Source: Octopus vulgaris (Eukaryota). From it: DNA of 64,000 nucleotides. Below, in pieces: positions 12,851 to 25,625 of this stretch. The translations under genes were made by a program, and so were the position numbers. Under the pieces are notes generated by a model. The model saw only the letters and a program-made list of their open reading frames with translations, was not told the origin of the DNA and searched no databases. The stretch spans positions 90,334,001 to 90,398,000 of the forward strand of contig OX597817.1 of NCBI GenBank assembly GCA_951406725.2, given 5' to 3'. Each line of letters starts with the position of its first letter. The stretch's first letter is position 1.

Positions 12851-14003
12851 ATGGCACCAAAAGGAAAAGAATAATATTTGAAGAAAATTATTTTTAATTT
12901 GCACAAGAATGGTTTAGGATGCAAGTTATTTAGCAAACGAATACATATTAGCATAAATACAGCTGCAAAAGTAATTCAGAAGTACAAAGCTACTGGATGG
13001 CTAAGCAATAAACATCATTCAGGTTGTCCTTCTATTTTAACTGCACGTGATATTTGCCAAATCTAATGTTGTGTGAAGGATGACAGTCTTCGTAGCACTT
13101 CATCTTTGGCCCAAGAAGTGTTTTCTGTAAATGAAAAGAGTGTATCCACCCAAACAGTTTGCTGAAGTTTGAACCAGTGTGGTCTTCATGGATACATTCC
13201 TCGTAGGAAGCCTCTCCTCACTACCAGGCATAAATCAAGTCGTCTTTCTTTTGCCAAAACCTGTGTGAGTAAGGGGAGGGAGTTTTGGAATAAAATACTT
13301 CTTTCTGATGAGACTAAAATCAACTTGTTTGGGTTAGATGGTATTAAATGAGTATGGCGATGACCAGGTGAAGATAATAGCAACAAATGCATCATGCTTA
13401 CTGTGAAACACGGAGGCAGAAGTGTTATGATTTAGGGATGCATGAGTGTGGCTGATGTGGGAGGTCTCACATATATTGAGAGAACAATGGATTCAAGGAT
13501 TTATTATGACATATTGCAGAAAACAATGTTGAAAAGCATCAAGGAACAAGGAAGACATTCCATTCTCCAACATGATAATGACCCAAAATACACTTCAAAG
13601 ATGATGACTAAGTTATTATCAGATAAAAAGGTAACGGTATTGCTTTTCATCCTTTCGGGGTCGATTAAATAAGTACCAGTTATGCACTGGGGTCGATATA
13701 ATCGACTTAATCCGTTTGTCTGTCCTTGTTTGTTCCTTCTGTGTTTAGCCCCTTGTGGGTAGTAAAGAAATAGGTATTGCTTGGGCTACCATGTCATCTG
13801 ATTTAAACCCAATAGAACATCTGTGGGGTGTTTTGAAAAGGAAGGTTGAGGAGAAAAGACCCCTCAATGTAACACAGTTAAAAGGCGTCATTCAGGATGA
13901 ATGGCAGTCAATTTCATCAGTTATATGTAGGAATTTAGTTGACTCTATGCCCAGAATACTTAATGCCATCATTGAAAGCATGGGCAATCACACCAAATAT
14001 TGA
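12851..14003 (+). pseudogene. Tc1 transposase pseudogene
   Basis: MAPKGKE start, PRRKPLL, LSDETKI, TVKHGG, QHDNDPK, SDLNPIEHLW, LVDSMPR, HTKY*; many stops and a SINE insertion. Confidence 0.92.
13646..13772 (+). mobile_element. 5'-truncated SINE inserted in the Tc1 transposase, 10-bp TSD
   Basis: GGTATTGCTT at 13636-13645 and 13773-13782; core ttcatcctttcggggtcgat. Confidence 0.88.
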
Positions 14004-14929
14004 ATATAGCAAATAATCCTTTAGGGTGTACATATTTTTGTATCGTTTGAAAATTAATATTTCAATCATATCTTTGAAAATGTTTATTCTCTTGTGTTCT
14101 AAATTTGTATAACGTTTCACTTGATTTCCTTTGATATTTTCAGAGTAATGGCAATTTTACTGAAATTTTTAGGGATGTACATACTTCTGTGAGATATGGT
14201 TATGTTCATATAATATACTCACAAAAATTGTTAATATGGTTATGAATGTGTGCGTGTGTGTATGTGCGCATGCATATACACACACAAATGATTATCAGAT
14301 ATACATACAGTTAGCTATAAATATATACACAAAACACTCACCATTGAAATATTCATACACCACACACTCACACACAAGCCAGAGGTGAAATCTCAGTGAT
14401 CTCTGAACATGTTAGAAATGGCAGTCAAATTTTCTTTCACTTACATCCTTCTCCTCTTAGAATAGAAGGGCATACTAGATAATGTTGATTTGGGTGCAAT
14501 GTACCCAGGAAAAAGATGAGACTGTCAAATCTGGATTGCCTTTGATGTCAGGTCTACTGGGTCAGGGTTGAAGAATAACAGTTGCATTTACACACCTATT
14601 AACTACATGCAAGTCAATATTCTATACACTCCAATGGATTGCTTTTATATTAACCCACTGGTTAAATAGAGAGATGAAATTTCAGTTCCTACCTTGAATG
14701 AAAGAATGAATTAGAATATTTGTCAAGTGTTATGATCGATTACGTGTGAAAATTGAAACAAACATAAAGATCTTAATTTACTTTATCTAACCATGATAAG
14801 GTAAATCAAGCTTATTTGTGTGTGTGTGTGTGTGAGTGCACATGTGTGCATGTGTATTGATATATAGTTATATAGAAATATATACATGCATGTGCTAAAT
14901 GACAAAACTATGAAGTAAAAAGGTAACAA

Positions 14930-15253
<324 letters not shown>

Positions 15254-15384
15254 CATCTATGAATCCATGCGTCAGAAAATTGATGCACTCCAATATTTGT
15301 CAATAGAGTAGGTATATTACACAAAATGTACAAAGGCACCATATTTCATTCCATAACTGCCATCCCTGAAAAACGCAGGCTTAC

Positions 15385-15437
15385 ATAATCAGGCTGTTAC
15401 CTAACACTCCTTGTGCAAAACCAATTGGTAAGATTGG
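15385..15437 (-). CDS. candidate coding exon (53 nt), unidentified host gene
   Basis: Acceptor cctttacag, donor gtaagc; PILPIGFAQGVLGNSLI; phase 0 start matches the upstream candidate exon. Confidence 0.4.
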
Positions 15438-15527
15438 CTGTAAAGGATATGTAATACTTTACACTTTGATATATATATATATATATATAAATGTAAACAT
15501 ATAAATGAGATTAAGAGAAGTACTTAC

Positions 15528-15631
15528 ATCCACAATAGGAGAAACACAATTTGGCAAGGACATGTTATCAAATTTCTGGCTGAGAACAGATGCATCCCGT
15601 GAATATTTGCCATGGGACTTGAGAATTTCAG
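15528..15631 (-). CDS. candidate coding exon (104 nt), unidentified host gene
   Basis: Branch ctaat + tctctttcttttatttgtatatttcag acceptor, GTAAGT donor; open frame EILKSHGKYSRDASVLSQKFDNMSLPNCVSPIVD. Confidence 0.55.
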
Positions 15632-15696
15632 CTGAAATATACAAATAAAAGAAAGAGACATTAGTTCCATACATCAACAGTGACTATTATTATTGT

Positions 15697-15836
15697 TCTG
15701 AGTTCAAATTCTGACAAGGTTGACTCTGCCTTTCATCCTTTTGGGGTTGATAAATTAAGTACTAGTGAAACACTGGAGTCGATGTTATCAACTATCCTCT
15801 CCCTGAAAATTTCAGGCCTTGTGCTTATAGTAGAAA
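15697..15836 (+). mobile_element. family-A SINE, partial
   Basis: B box, core and (ATT)n tail as at 9492-9703. Confidence 0.8.
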
Positions 15837-17333
15837 TAATTATTATTATCATTATCAAGTAAAAAGTACAAGATAAAGGATGATGGATCGTGAGAAATGG
15901 TAGAATATCAGGGTGTGGTATTGATAAAATTGGCAGAGTATTAGGGATAAATTAGCAGAATCAGTAGAGCACTTGATAAAATACTCTTGTGTATTTTGTT
16001 ATGTCATTTTACATTCTGAGTTTACATCTCAAGGAGATCTAGATTGACTTTATATTTTATTGATAGGTTTTGGAGGAAGAAGGCATGGCCATTGCCTTCA
16101 CAGGCCCTCCAAAAAAAATGGAGTTAATGTTCCCTTTGAATAGTTGCAAGATGATGACTACAGGAAAAATGTGTGCGAAGGGGGAGCGTTAGAAATTGAG
16201 TTTCTGAAGAGGAAGGACTGAGCTCAGCTGAGTGGAGCTGGTAAAAATTAAACAGTGATGATGATGATGATGAGAATGAAGATGGTAATAACAGTAATAG
16301 TAATGATGGTGATAATGTTGGTGATGACAAATATATTAATAGCTATACAATGAGTTGGTAAGATAAACTTTTATCTTTTGTACCACTATTTCCTATTTAG
16401 ACAGACAGGCAGACAGACAGATAGATAGATACACAAAGGACTTCTTTCAGTTTCTGTCTACTAAATCTACTCATGAGGCTACTGTAGCCTTGGCCTGAAG
16501 CTACAGCAGAAGACACTTGCCTAAGGTATCATGCAGTAGGACTGAACCTGGAACCATGTGTTTGGGAAGCAAGCTTCTTATCACACAGCTGAAAGCTCTC
16601 ACGTCAGGGAAAACTATCAATATTAAAAAGATTTTCCACAGGTTTGACTGTTGCAATTATATTGATCAACAACAATATTTTGCTATCGATGTTGAAAACA
16701 TATCAAATCAGCACACATATTTACTCTTCTTCCTTCATCATATCAATATTTTGTCAGGATTTTTTGTAATTAATATCCTGTCTTCCCATAATTTTTGTTC
16801 TTTGTACTTGATTATGTCAAAACAGTTTCTAATCCACAAAACTAATGGAAAACATGTACAATGCAAGAATTAATAAACATTTTCGTTTAAGATAGAATTA
16901 TGTTGTTTGAGTAAACATCAAAAAATATTATTAGACTCAAGATTATAATCTTCAGGGTCAGGGCTATTTCCTCATGTGTAATGCTGAAAAATGCTGAATA
17001 TTTATATTTATACTTGCTTTCATCAATTTGATTGAAGTCTACATATATCAGTGGCCTGGGTCAAGTGGATGAGAGTATTATTATCTTTGGTTTTAGAAAT
17101 AAAGGTTACTTGTTTGAATTCAGTGTTTGGCCCAAGTGTTCATGTGTGTGTGCATGCATATATAGGCGAATCAAAAACAAAAATAAAACAAGAAAGGGTG
17201 GACAAAATGAATGTTATTAACTTGACACTCAGAGAAAGTTTAAGATAGAAAAAAAGATGTGTGACATTGCCAAAAAGAGGAAAAGTCCAGAGAGAGGGAA
17301 AAGAATAGTATGTGTGTGTGTGTATATATATAA

Positions 17334-20067
17334 ATGAAAGCTATTATGGAAAAATATGATCTAGCAGACAGAACAGAACCAATTGTACCATGTGAACCTA
17401 GGATTAATCTTAAAGACCATAAAAAGAATTTCCTGGAAAACCCGTCGGTAAGACTTATTTGCCCAACTAAGTCGGATATTGGCCGACTTAGTAAATCTAT
17501 CCTAGATAATATCTTACCCCAAATAACCCCACTTCTTCCCTTAAGCCTGTGGATAAATACCGATTAGGTCCTTAAATGGTTTAATTCCCTAACTAATACG
17601 AATAATTTAGCCTTCATTCAATTCGATATAAATAACTACTACTCTAGCATTTCCCCTATCCTACTTAATAAATCACTTATATTCACGATGAATCGCTCCC
17701 TCATATCTAGAGAAGAAATAGACATTATACTTTTAGCTAGGAAAACCTTTATTGAATTTGAGGGAAAATTATGGACCAGAGCTGATACCCCTAACTTTTT
17801 CGATATCCCTATGGGCTCAAGTGATTCGGCTGAGGTAACCAATTTAGTAGGAGCATATCTACTGAAATGCATTAATAAAGAGATCCCTGAATTGCAGGGT
17901 GGTCTATATAGAGATGATGCTTTGTTTGTTGTAAATACCAATAATAAATCACACATAGAAAGAATTAAAAAGAAGATTAATAGGTTCTTTAAAGATTTCA
18001 ACCTTAGCATAACCTATGAACCAAACATTAAAATAGCTAATTTTCTAGATATTACTTTAGACCTTAACTCCAAACTACATTATCCATTTAGAAAAGAAGG
18101 GGAAATCACTAGTTACGTAAATAAATTATCTAATCATCCCCCAAATATAATAAATTCTTTAGTTAGAAATATTTCCATAAGAATATCCAAATTATCATCT
18201 AATTCTAATATATTTAACTCACACTCAGGGCATTACAATGAGGCGTTATCTAGAGCAGGATATAACCAGAAAATTACTTTTGAAGATACGGAAAAACTAG
18301 GAACTCATCATAATAATTTAAGTAAATTAAACAGCAATAACCACAAAAATAACAAAAATGATCAAGTCGAAAAGATACATAGATGTGGATCTAATACAAC
18401 ATCTAATCGTAATGATAAGTATAAGGATAAATACATAGACCATAATACAGATAGCCCTGATAAGGCAACCTTAAATAAAATTTAAATTAAGAAACACACT
18501 ATTAGTAACATAGACAACAACAATGACCATACCAGAAAGGATAGTAGAAATAGATTTACAACGGCAAAGTACCCTAATGATATTAAGAATATTAATAAAA
18601 ACATAACAGAGAATACTTATAATAAGGGTAAAATAAACTTGGATAAAACTAGCAAAAATGCTAACAGGAACATTAATAAATACAAAGAATCTGATGATGG
18701 GACGATTAATTCTAATAACCCTAACTCTAGTGGGAAAAATTCTAGCAGCCCTAACTCTAATTCGAAGAAATTTAATAAGAAAGACATAATATGGCTAAAC
18801 ATCCCTTTTAACTGTGCGGTTTCATCAGATATTCAGGGTAGATTCAAAACAATTCTAGAAAATAATTTCCCATCCTCTCATAGATATCATAAAATTATTT
18901 CTAAAAAAACAGTCAGAATTTCTTATTCAACTCTCCCAAATATGTCCACTTTAATAGCTAAGATCAATAATAATAACATAAAACTAGCCAGAAATAATTT
19001 AATAAATAAAAATAAAAATGCAACGGAAAATTGTAATAACAGTACGAAAAGTAATAATTGCAACAATAATAATAATAATAATAACAATAATGAATGTCAT
19101 AAAATAAATATAACCAAAAGCCATGGAATTGTTAATAACAATAATAACATAAATAGGAATGATTATGTTAGTAATAGGAATAATACCATGAATATAAGTA
19201 CAGTGAATGAGAGTAACAACATTATCAGCAACAACACTACACATCTGGATAGCAATATCGACAACAATACTAATAGCATCAACAATATCAGCAATGATAG
19301 TAGAGTTATAGAACCAAACGATAGTGTAGGAATACCGACAAATGATAATACTACTTTAGAAGATAACATCAACTGCAATAATGATAACATTATTTTAGAT
19401 AGCAGCACCAATAATAATAATAATAATGAAAGTAGAGCTTTAGAACCAAATGAAAATGTAGGAATACCTATATATGATAATACTGTTTTAGATAATAATA
19501 TTAACTACAATAATGATAGAGTTTTTTTTAGATAATAACATTAATCAAAATCATGATAAATTTACCCGCTCTGCTTCAAGCAACAGTAATATAAAACTTC
19601 TATCCTCAAAGTATTCCACCTCTAATTATAATGCCCCTAGATGTAACTGCAGAATTAAATCAAAATGCCCGGCCCCTGATTTATGCGGGTTAATTAACAT
19701 AATCTATAAGTGCTCCGTAACCACAGATAATAATAAGTTCTCTTATGTTGGATGCACTGTAAATTTTAAACAGAGATTGAATAATCATCTCTCATCTTTT
19801 AAATTACGTCATAAGGCTGATAGCACTACTCTTTCTAGTAAAATTTGGGAACTAAAAAACAATAATATCAAATATAACCTAAATTGGGAATTAGTCAGAA
19901 GAGCAAAACCCTATAAAAATAGCAGAGTAGGCTGCCAACTTTGCTCCATGGAAGCATTTGAAATACTAATGTATAAAAATAATGGAGAAATTCAATTAAA
20001 CAGCAGAATTGAACTTGGAAAATCTTGTATACATGCTCGGTTTAAGACTCTTAAATATTTTAAATGA
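17334..20067 (+). pseudogene. PLE reverse transcriptase - Cys knuckle - GIY-YIG endonuclease ORF with 3 lesions
   Basis: LKDHK..F..NPSVRLICPTKSDIG, FIQFDINNYYSSI, IPMGSSDSAE, GLYRDD, FLDITLD, SNHPP, IIWLNIPF, CNCRIKSKCP, IIY..YVG, R..NH, CQLC..E, LNSR. Lesions: TAG 17565, TAA 18483, frameshift in the T8 run at 19522-19529. Confidence 0.92.
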
Positions 20068-21351
20068 TATTTTAAATCATATCTCAATTGATAACTGTAT
20101 ACTGGAATCATTTTACATAAAATTCAATTTTGACTTACATATCACTCCTACATAGTATATATTTAACTAGAAAGATAAGTTCTAACTAGCTATGATTATA
20201 ATTTTTCTCTCTCTGATGGTACTATTTGATACTTATTGACTTAAATTATTTATTTGATTTATTTCTATTGGACCATATTATTAATAAATTAATTTTATCT
20301 CCATTTCTTAGTCTATTTTTTATCCCATTACAAATTTTAGTTAGTTAATTCTCTTAATTTCTGTTTTTAAACTTTTAAAATTAATTTCTGCTAATACCAG
20401 ACCTATCATAGTGTTTTGTGATGTGATATAATTTATCAAAATAATATAATATAATATAGTGTAGTGTATTATAGTTTAGTATAATAATAATATAATTGTT
20501 TAATTTCATTTAATATTTTCATTTAATAACATTATGTATGTTTTATAGTTTAGTATAATAATAATATAATAGTTTAGTTTCATTTAAAAACAACCCCATT
20601 TTTCTTTCCTTTCTAATGACCTCTTTGTAACCTGACAATCTATTAATAGTAACATTTATGAATAAAGAAATGAATTGTTGACCTCAGATCGAATTTGTTC
20701 CAAACAAACTTAGACTTTTTTGTTAGTATCAAATTGTGCCCATCCCCTTAGCTTCCCCTTTCCTTTCTCTTTGACAGCTTAAATAGCAGTAACTGATTAA
20801 ATTCCTACCCGCTTCCTCCTCTTTCTGTGATTCTTGAATATTTCATTAACTACCTGAACCACTACAATATAAGGCTGTCATTTTTGCTTCTCATTCGGAC
20901 TCCCTGATATTTTCGCATGATTGTACCTTAAATCCCTCCACAAAACTGGATTACGAACTATAAGGACATACACAAATTTTGTAAGTTCAAGACTTTTTCA
21001 TCAGATCTCAAAAAAATCGAACTTATCTGCGATTCTTGTTAATTTCAATAACAATCTGTTCTTCTACACGACATGGCAGTCACTATGTTTTTACTCAGAC
21101 TTTCCTCTACATGATGTGGCAGTCACTTTGCCTCTTACTCGGATTTTCAGAAATTTTGCATGACTGTATCCGAAAATTTCTTCATACAATTTGATCAAAT
21201 ATCCAATATGAGCTATATGTAGACATGCATAAATTCTATAGGTTTAAAACCTTTCATCAGATCTCCATGAATCGAACTTTCTTCAATGCAGTTAATCCTA
21301 CAACCTCTTTTATATCTACCCCTTTTGATGTTTGGGAATTCTCTGATATTT

Positions 21352-21439
21352 TTTCGGCTGACGAGTACGAGCCATCTGTATTCACTGCATTTTTTGTAGC
21401 TTATTAAAGATGTCCTCGTGCGAAACGATCGTACCGAGA
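21352..21439 (+). ncRNA. type I hammerhead ribozyme at PLE 3' end
   Basis: Stem I tttcgg/ccgaga; CTGACGA 21358-64; stem II GTACGAG/CTCGTGC plus catct/agatg; GAAA 21422-25; palindromic stem III AC-GATC-GT; GTA triplet with predicted cleavage after 21433. Confidence 0.85.
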
Positions 21440-21481
21440 TTTTAATCCATTCTTGTTGCTTTTTTCCTATCTATCTATCTA

Positions 21482-21527
<46 letters not shown>

Positions 21528-21611
21528 CATATTTGTGTATGTGTGTGTGCCCCAGTATGGTTACAGCCTTAGGGCTGAAACGGGCTGAAACATATAAAAG
21601 AACAAAATAAT

Positions 21612-21900
21612 ATATGCATTTATTGGTCTTACTAAGGCCTTTGACTCAGTTTTGAGAGAACTGCTCTAGGATATCTTATCCATCTTTGGATGTCCTGATA
21701 AGTATTTGGATCCTTTGGCTTCTCCATGACAACATGTTTATGAGGGTCCTTGTCAACAACAGTGACACCAAACCATTTCAAGTAGGATCAGGAATGAAAC
21801 AGAACTGTATCATAGCTCCTGCACTTTTCACTGTCATCATTGCCACCCTCATTGAAACTATTAAAGCTGATCTCTCACCAGAAATTGAAATTGTTTATCA
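21612..21900 (+). mobile_element. RTE LINE RT fragment
   Basis: AFIGLTKAFDSV.R..L...L..FGCP...LLHDNM...PFQVGSGMKQNCIIAPALF. Confidence 0.75.
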
Positions 21901-22156
21901 AATAATATTTTATCATAAAAATATAGCTGAAGTTTTTGAACATCGAATGGCTATGAGTTTTCCTCCTACCACTGAGTAAAAGGCGAATCAAAAGGGTCCA
22001 GAAGTAAAATATGTTTGAGAACCACAGCTTCAGAGTATTGGTACCAAGGCCTTATCAATCAGGCATTCCAACCATTTCTACTCAGTGTTTTTCTCCAGAT
22101 ATCGTATATCAAGGACTACATAAAGAAATGTGTACTTCTTTAAAGAAGAATATATA

Positions 22157-22415
22157 CAGGTGGTGCAAAAGTAGGTATACAGTAAGGAAAAAAAGAAAAC
22201 GTACATTACTCATTTATTTTTATCAGAAAACTTAAAAGTTATGATAAAAGCATTATCATAGTTATGATAAAAGTATTATTATAATCAATGGCACTGAAAA
22301 TATCAAAAATGAGGTGAACTAATTTAATGTACAAGTAATTTTAATGAATTAATTATTATAACATTATTATTATTATGATACTTACTGTATACCTACTTTT
22401 GCACACACACACCTG
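22157..22415. mobile_element. Tc1/mariner-type MITE with TA TSD
   Basis: TA|CAGGTGGTGCAAAAGTAGGTATACAGTAAG ... CTTACTGTATACCTACTTTTGCAC(acacac)ACCTG|TA. Confidence 0.85.
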
Positions 22416-22549
22416 TATATGTATTACACATTGATTTATTTCATTTTACTCCCACCATATCTATTTCTAGTTTAGATTTGTTAATACTCCATGTAATAAT
22501 AAAGGAGATGTCTGCCAGCTGGTCATCATTTATCAACATTCCACATCAA

Positions 22550-23000
22550 TAATGATGGGTGAAAAGGAGTATGAATGGAAGAGGGAACAGGAATATTAAC
22601 AGATAGAAAAACAGGAGTAATAATGGATGAATGGTCAGGAATATTATTGGATGGGTGAACAACAACAAATGAATGGGAGTATTGATAGGTAGGTGAATAT
22701 GATTATTAATAGAAAGATGAACATGAGTAGTACTGTAGAGGTGAATAAATGAACAAGAGTATTCATGGATGGGTGAACAAAAATATTAATGGATGAGTGA
22801 ACAGGGATATCAGTGGATATGGATGAACAACCATATTAAGGGTGGGTGAACAGGTGTGTTAATGGAGGCATGAACATGAATATCAAAGATGGGTGAACAG
22901 AAGCATCAGAGAATGTTTGAACAGGTGTATTATTGGATGTGTGAACAGGGGCATCAATGGATTGGTCAAGAGAAGTATCAATGACTGGCTGAATAGCTCT
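22550..23000. repeat. degenerate minisatellite (~25-bp unit ggatgggtgaacaggagtattaat)
   Basis: Recurring ggatg.gtgaaca motif. Confidence 0.75.
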
Positions 23001-24537
23001 GCACACTTATAAATGGTAACTGAGAAACAGCAATGTTCCCTGTATTGATATAATGAATGCCTCAGATATATAAATAAATGCAAATAATAAATTAGATTTT
23101 GATTTTAAAAATTCTGTATTTTTATGACAGACATTTGGAAAGATGCTATGTCACACTCCACCCTCTGTACTTCAACAATATGGTGTGGATTGTTAAAAAC
23201 TGAGTATTCTGGCTTTAAGGAATCACATCTGATGAGAAACCAGATGCTCATCTTAAAATATTCCTTTACCAACACACACACATCATCAATAACATGTGCT
23301 TAGACATACACAAACATAATTACAAACACATGTAGATATATACATACACAGATAGATACTCAAATACATGCACAGATAGACACACATTTGCATATACATA
23401 CACATTTAATAGGCATAAGTGCACACACAAATATACACATATATGCATAGATACATGCAATATATACAATAAATAGAGGATTATCCTATATGCAGATATG
23501 GGAGGGGATAGAAAATCTTATCAGTGGTGTGGGAATAGCGTTTGATTGCAGGAGAAAACCTTAGTGGTGGTGGTAGTGGTGATGATAATGATGATGATCA
23601 TAACGATGACAATGATGTGAGAATGAATGTAGTGATGATGATGATGATGATAATGTTGTTGTTGTTGATGATGATGATGATGATGGCAACAAAAGTACTG
23701 GTGATGATAATGATCGTGATGATGCTAATGGTAGTGGTAGTGATAATTGATGGCATGGCAGTGGTATTTGTGGTGGTGATGATGATGATGGGGGTTGGTT
23801 AGTGGTAGTAATTGTGATAACAATGCTGATGATGACAAATGATATACTCCAGTAAATAGTTCCGACTGAGAACATCTGCCAAAGTACTTTTCCAAAACCA
23901 TCAACCACAACAATAGAATCAACAAATAACACAATAACCATCTCTACAACAACCACGACAATAACCACAATAACAACAACAACAAAAAAAACAAAATGTT
24001 CCAAAATACATAGAAAAGCCATCAATTGAAACTATTCTATAATTAGAAATATGCCATGTTTTTCTTGTTAAGCAAAATTCTTAATTCATCTATTTCTTTA
24101 CAGTTTTTCAAAATTAGTGAAAATAAAATGCAAAAATGAAAAACATAAAATAAAATTAATAATAATAATTAATTTTATTAAATGATTATAATTCATTGAG
24201 ACTAGAGGGCATTGTAAAAGCAGATTCTGTAAAATGTCAGGTAAAATATTTTAACAGCATTTGGTTTAGTCTCCAGATTTTAAATGCTGCCTATGGTAAT
24301 TTTGGTTTCCATCTTTTCTGGAAGTATTGTTGTTGATTAGCCCCAGATTAATTCTGATTAAACAACCTATAATCAAAAGCCTTCTGGCAATAACTATATC
24401 ATCTTTTTTTGTAGTATTTTTTAAGGGTTAACTAGAGTAACATTATCTCATCTCACTTTTCCTTGTTGAAAACAGTTGGGTGGGTTTGAGAAAGATTTGA
24501 CTGACTTTGCAAAACGATTCTTTCTCAATTTAATCAA

Positions 24538-24932
24538 CTCTCTTTACTCTTTTACTTGTTTCAGTCATTTGACTGTGGCCATGCTGGAGCACCACCTTTA
24601 GTTGAGCAAATCGACCCCAGGACTTATTCTTTGTAAGCCTAGTGCTTATTCTATCAGTCTCTTTTGCCGAACCGCTAAGTTACGGGGACGTAAACACACC
24701 AGCATCGGTTGTCAAGCGATATTGGGGGGACAAACACAGGCAGACATACATATACATATATACATATATACGATGGGCTTCTTTCAGTTTCCGTCTACCA
24801 AATCCACTCACAAGGCTTGGTCAGCCCGAGGCTATAGTAGAAAACACTTGCCCAAGGTGCCACGCAGTGGGACTGAACCCAGAACCATGTGGTTGGTAAG
24901 CAAACTACTTACCACACAGCCACTCCTACGCT
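24538..24932 (-). mobile_element. family-B tRNA-derived SINE (CORE-like, internal TA microsatellite), full length
   Basis: Reverse complement of the copies at 45631, 48763 and 61029; A box gtggctgtgtggt, B box gggttcagtccc, tail (gtaaaaga)n. Confidence 0.9.
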
Positions 24933-25408
24933 TGTAAATCTTTCTTAAAATATTTATAACCTCTATAAATATAATACATACATATGTATTGTATGCATAC
25001 CTTAAACACAAAAACTCCCATCCAGAAGAATTCTAACAACTAATAATTATTTGATGCTGGAAAAATCTTATTTGGGAACTTCACTCAAGAACATACCCAT
25101 ACTGCCAAGGAAAGCTTCTTTGATGAAGCTATAAGGTGTTGCTCAGGTTCTCAGCTATGAGTACATTGCATCTTATAGTAGAAAGAGCTGTAAGCTAATG
25201 AAGTTCATAAGATAGTCATTTACTCCTTTGTCATCTCATGTTCTTATTACTGCCCTGTATTTGACTAACACTTTGTTCTGAAGCATATGTATACTGAGTT
25301 TTACACCAGATTATTAATCTTGCAATGCTTAAATGAAATATTAAAATACATATATATTATATATACACTGTATATATACTCCCATATATTAGGTCATGCA
25401 CCCATTCA

Positions 25409-25625
25409 AGGGTGTATGGCCTGGTGGTTAAAGTGATTGTGAAATCATGGTTTTAATTCTTGGACTAGGTGGTGCATTGTCTTCTTGAGCAAAACACTTC
25501 ATCTCCCATTGCTCTGCAATCACTTTAACACCTAACATGAGGTACATTATGTACCTGTTCAGGTGACATTGATTTGATGGAGGGAGTGAGCTAATGTACA
25601 GCACATACATGTGATCACTATAAAC
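25409..25625 (+). mobile_element. CORE-like tRNA SINE (family C)
   Basis: tggcctggtggttaaag...ttcttgagcaaaacacttcatc; related copies at ~27275-27400 and 33250-33450. Confidence 0.7.

Larger units (their letters stand above)
12476..14199 (+). mobile_element. Tc1 DNA transposon (DD34E), full length, inactivated
   Basis: TA|CAGTATCTCACCGAAGTATGTACATCCCTAAAAA and its inverse tttttagggatgtacatacttctgtgagata at ~14166-14196. Confidence 0.92.
17333..21468 (+). mobile_element. Penelope-like retroelement, Naiad-type, 5'-truncated, inserted in a (TG)/(TA) microsatellite
   Basis: RT + GIY-YIG ORF, ~1.4-kb 3' region ending in a hammerhead; flanks (TG)n(TA)n and (CTAT)n(TA)n. Confidence 0.9.

Noticed and set aside
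20616-20675. Possible SECIS (ATGA...AA...GA), considered because some Naiads encode selenocysteine
   Set aside because: Helix too short and asymmetric, and the ORF has no internal in-frame TGA (the lesions are TAG and TAA).
22550-23000. CRISPR-like periodic repeats
   Set aside because: Degenerate minisatellite without unique spacers; eukaryotic context and no cas genes.
24602-24937. Recurrent ORFs of the type MSKSTPGLILCKPS...
   Set aside because: Antisense translation of family-B SINE copies.
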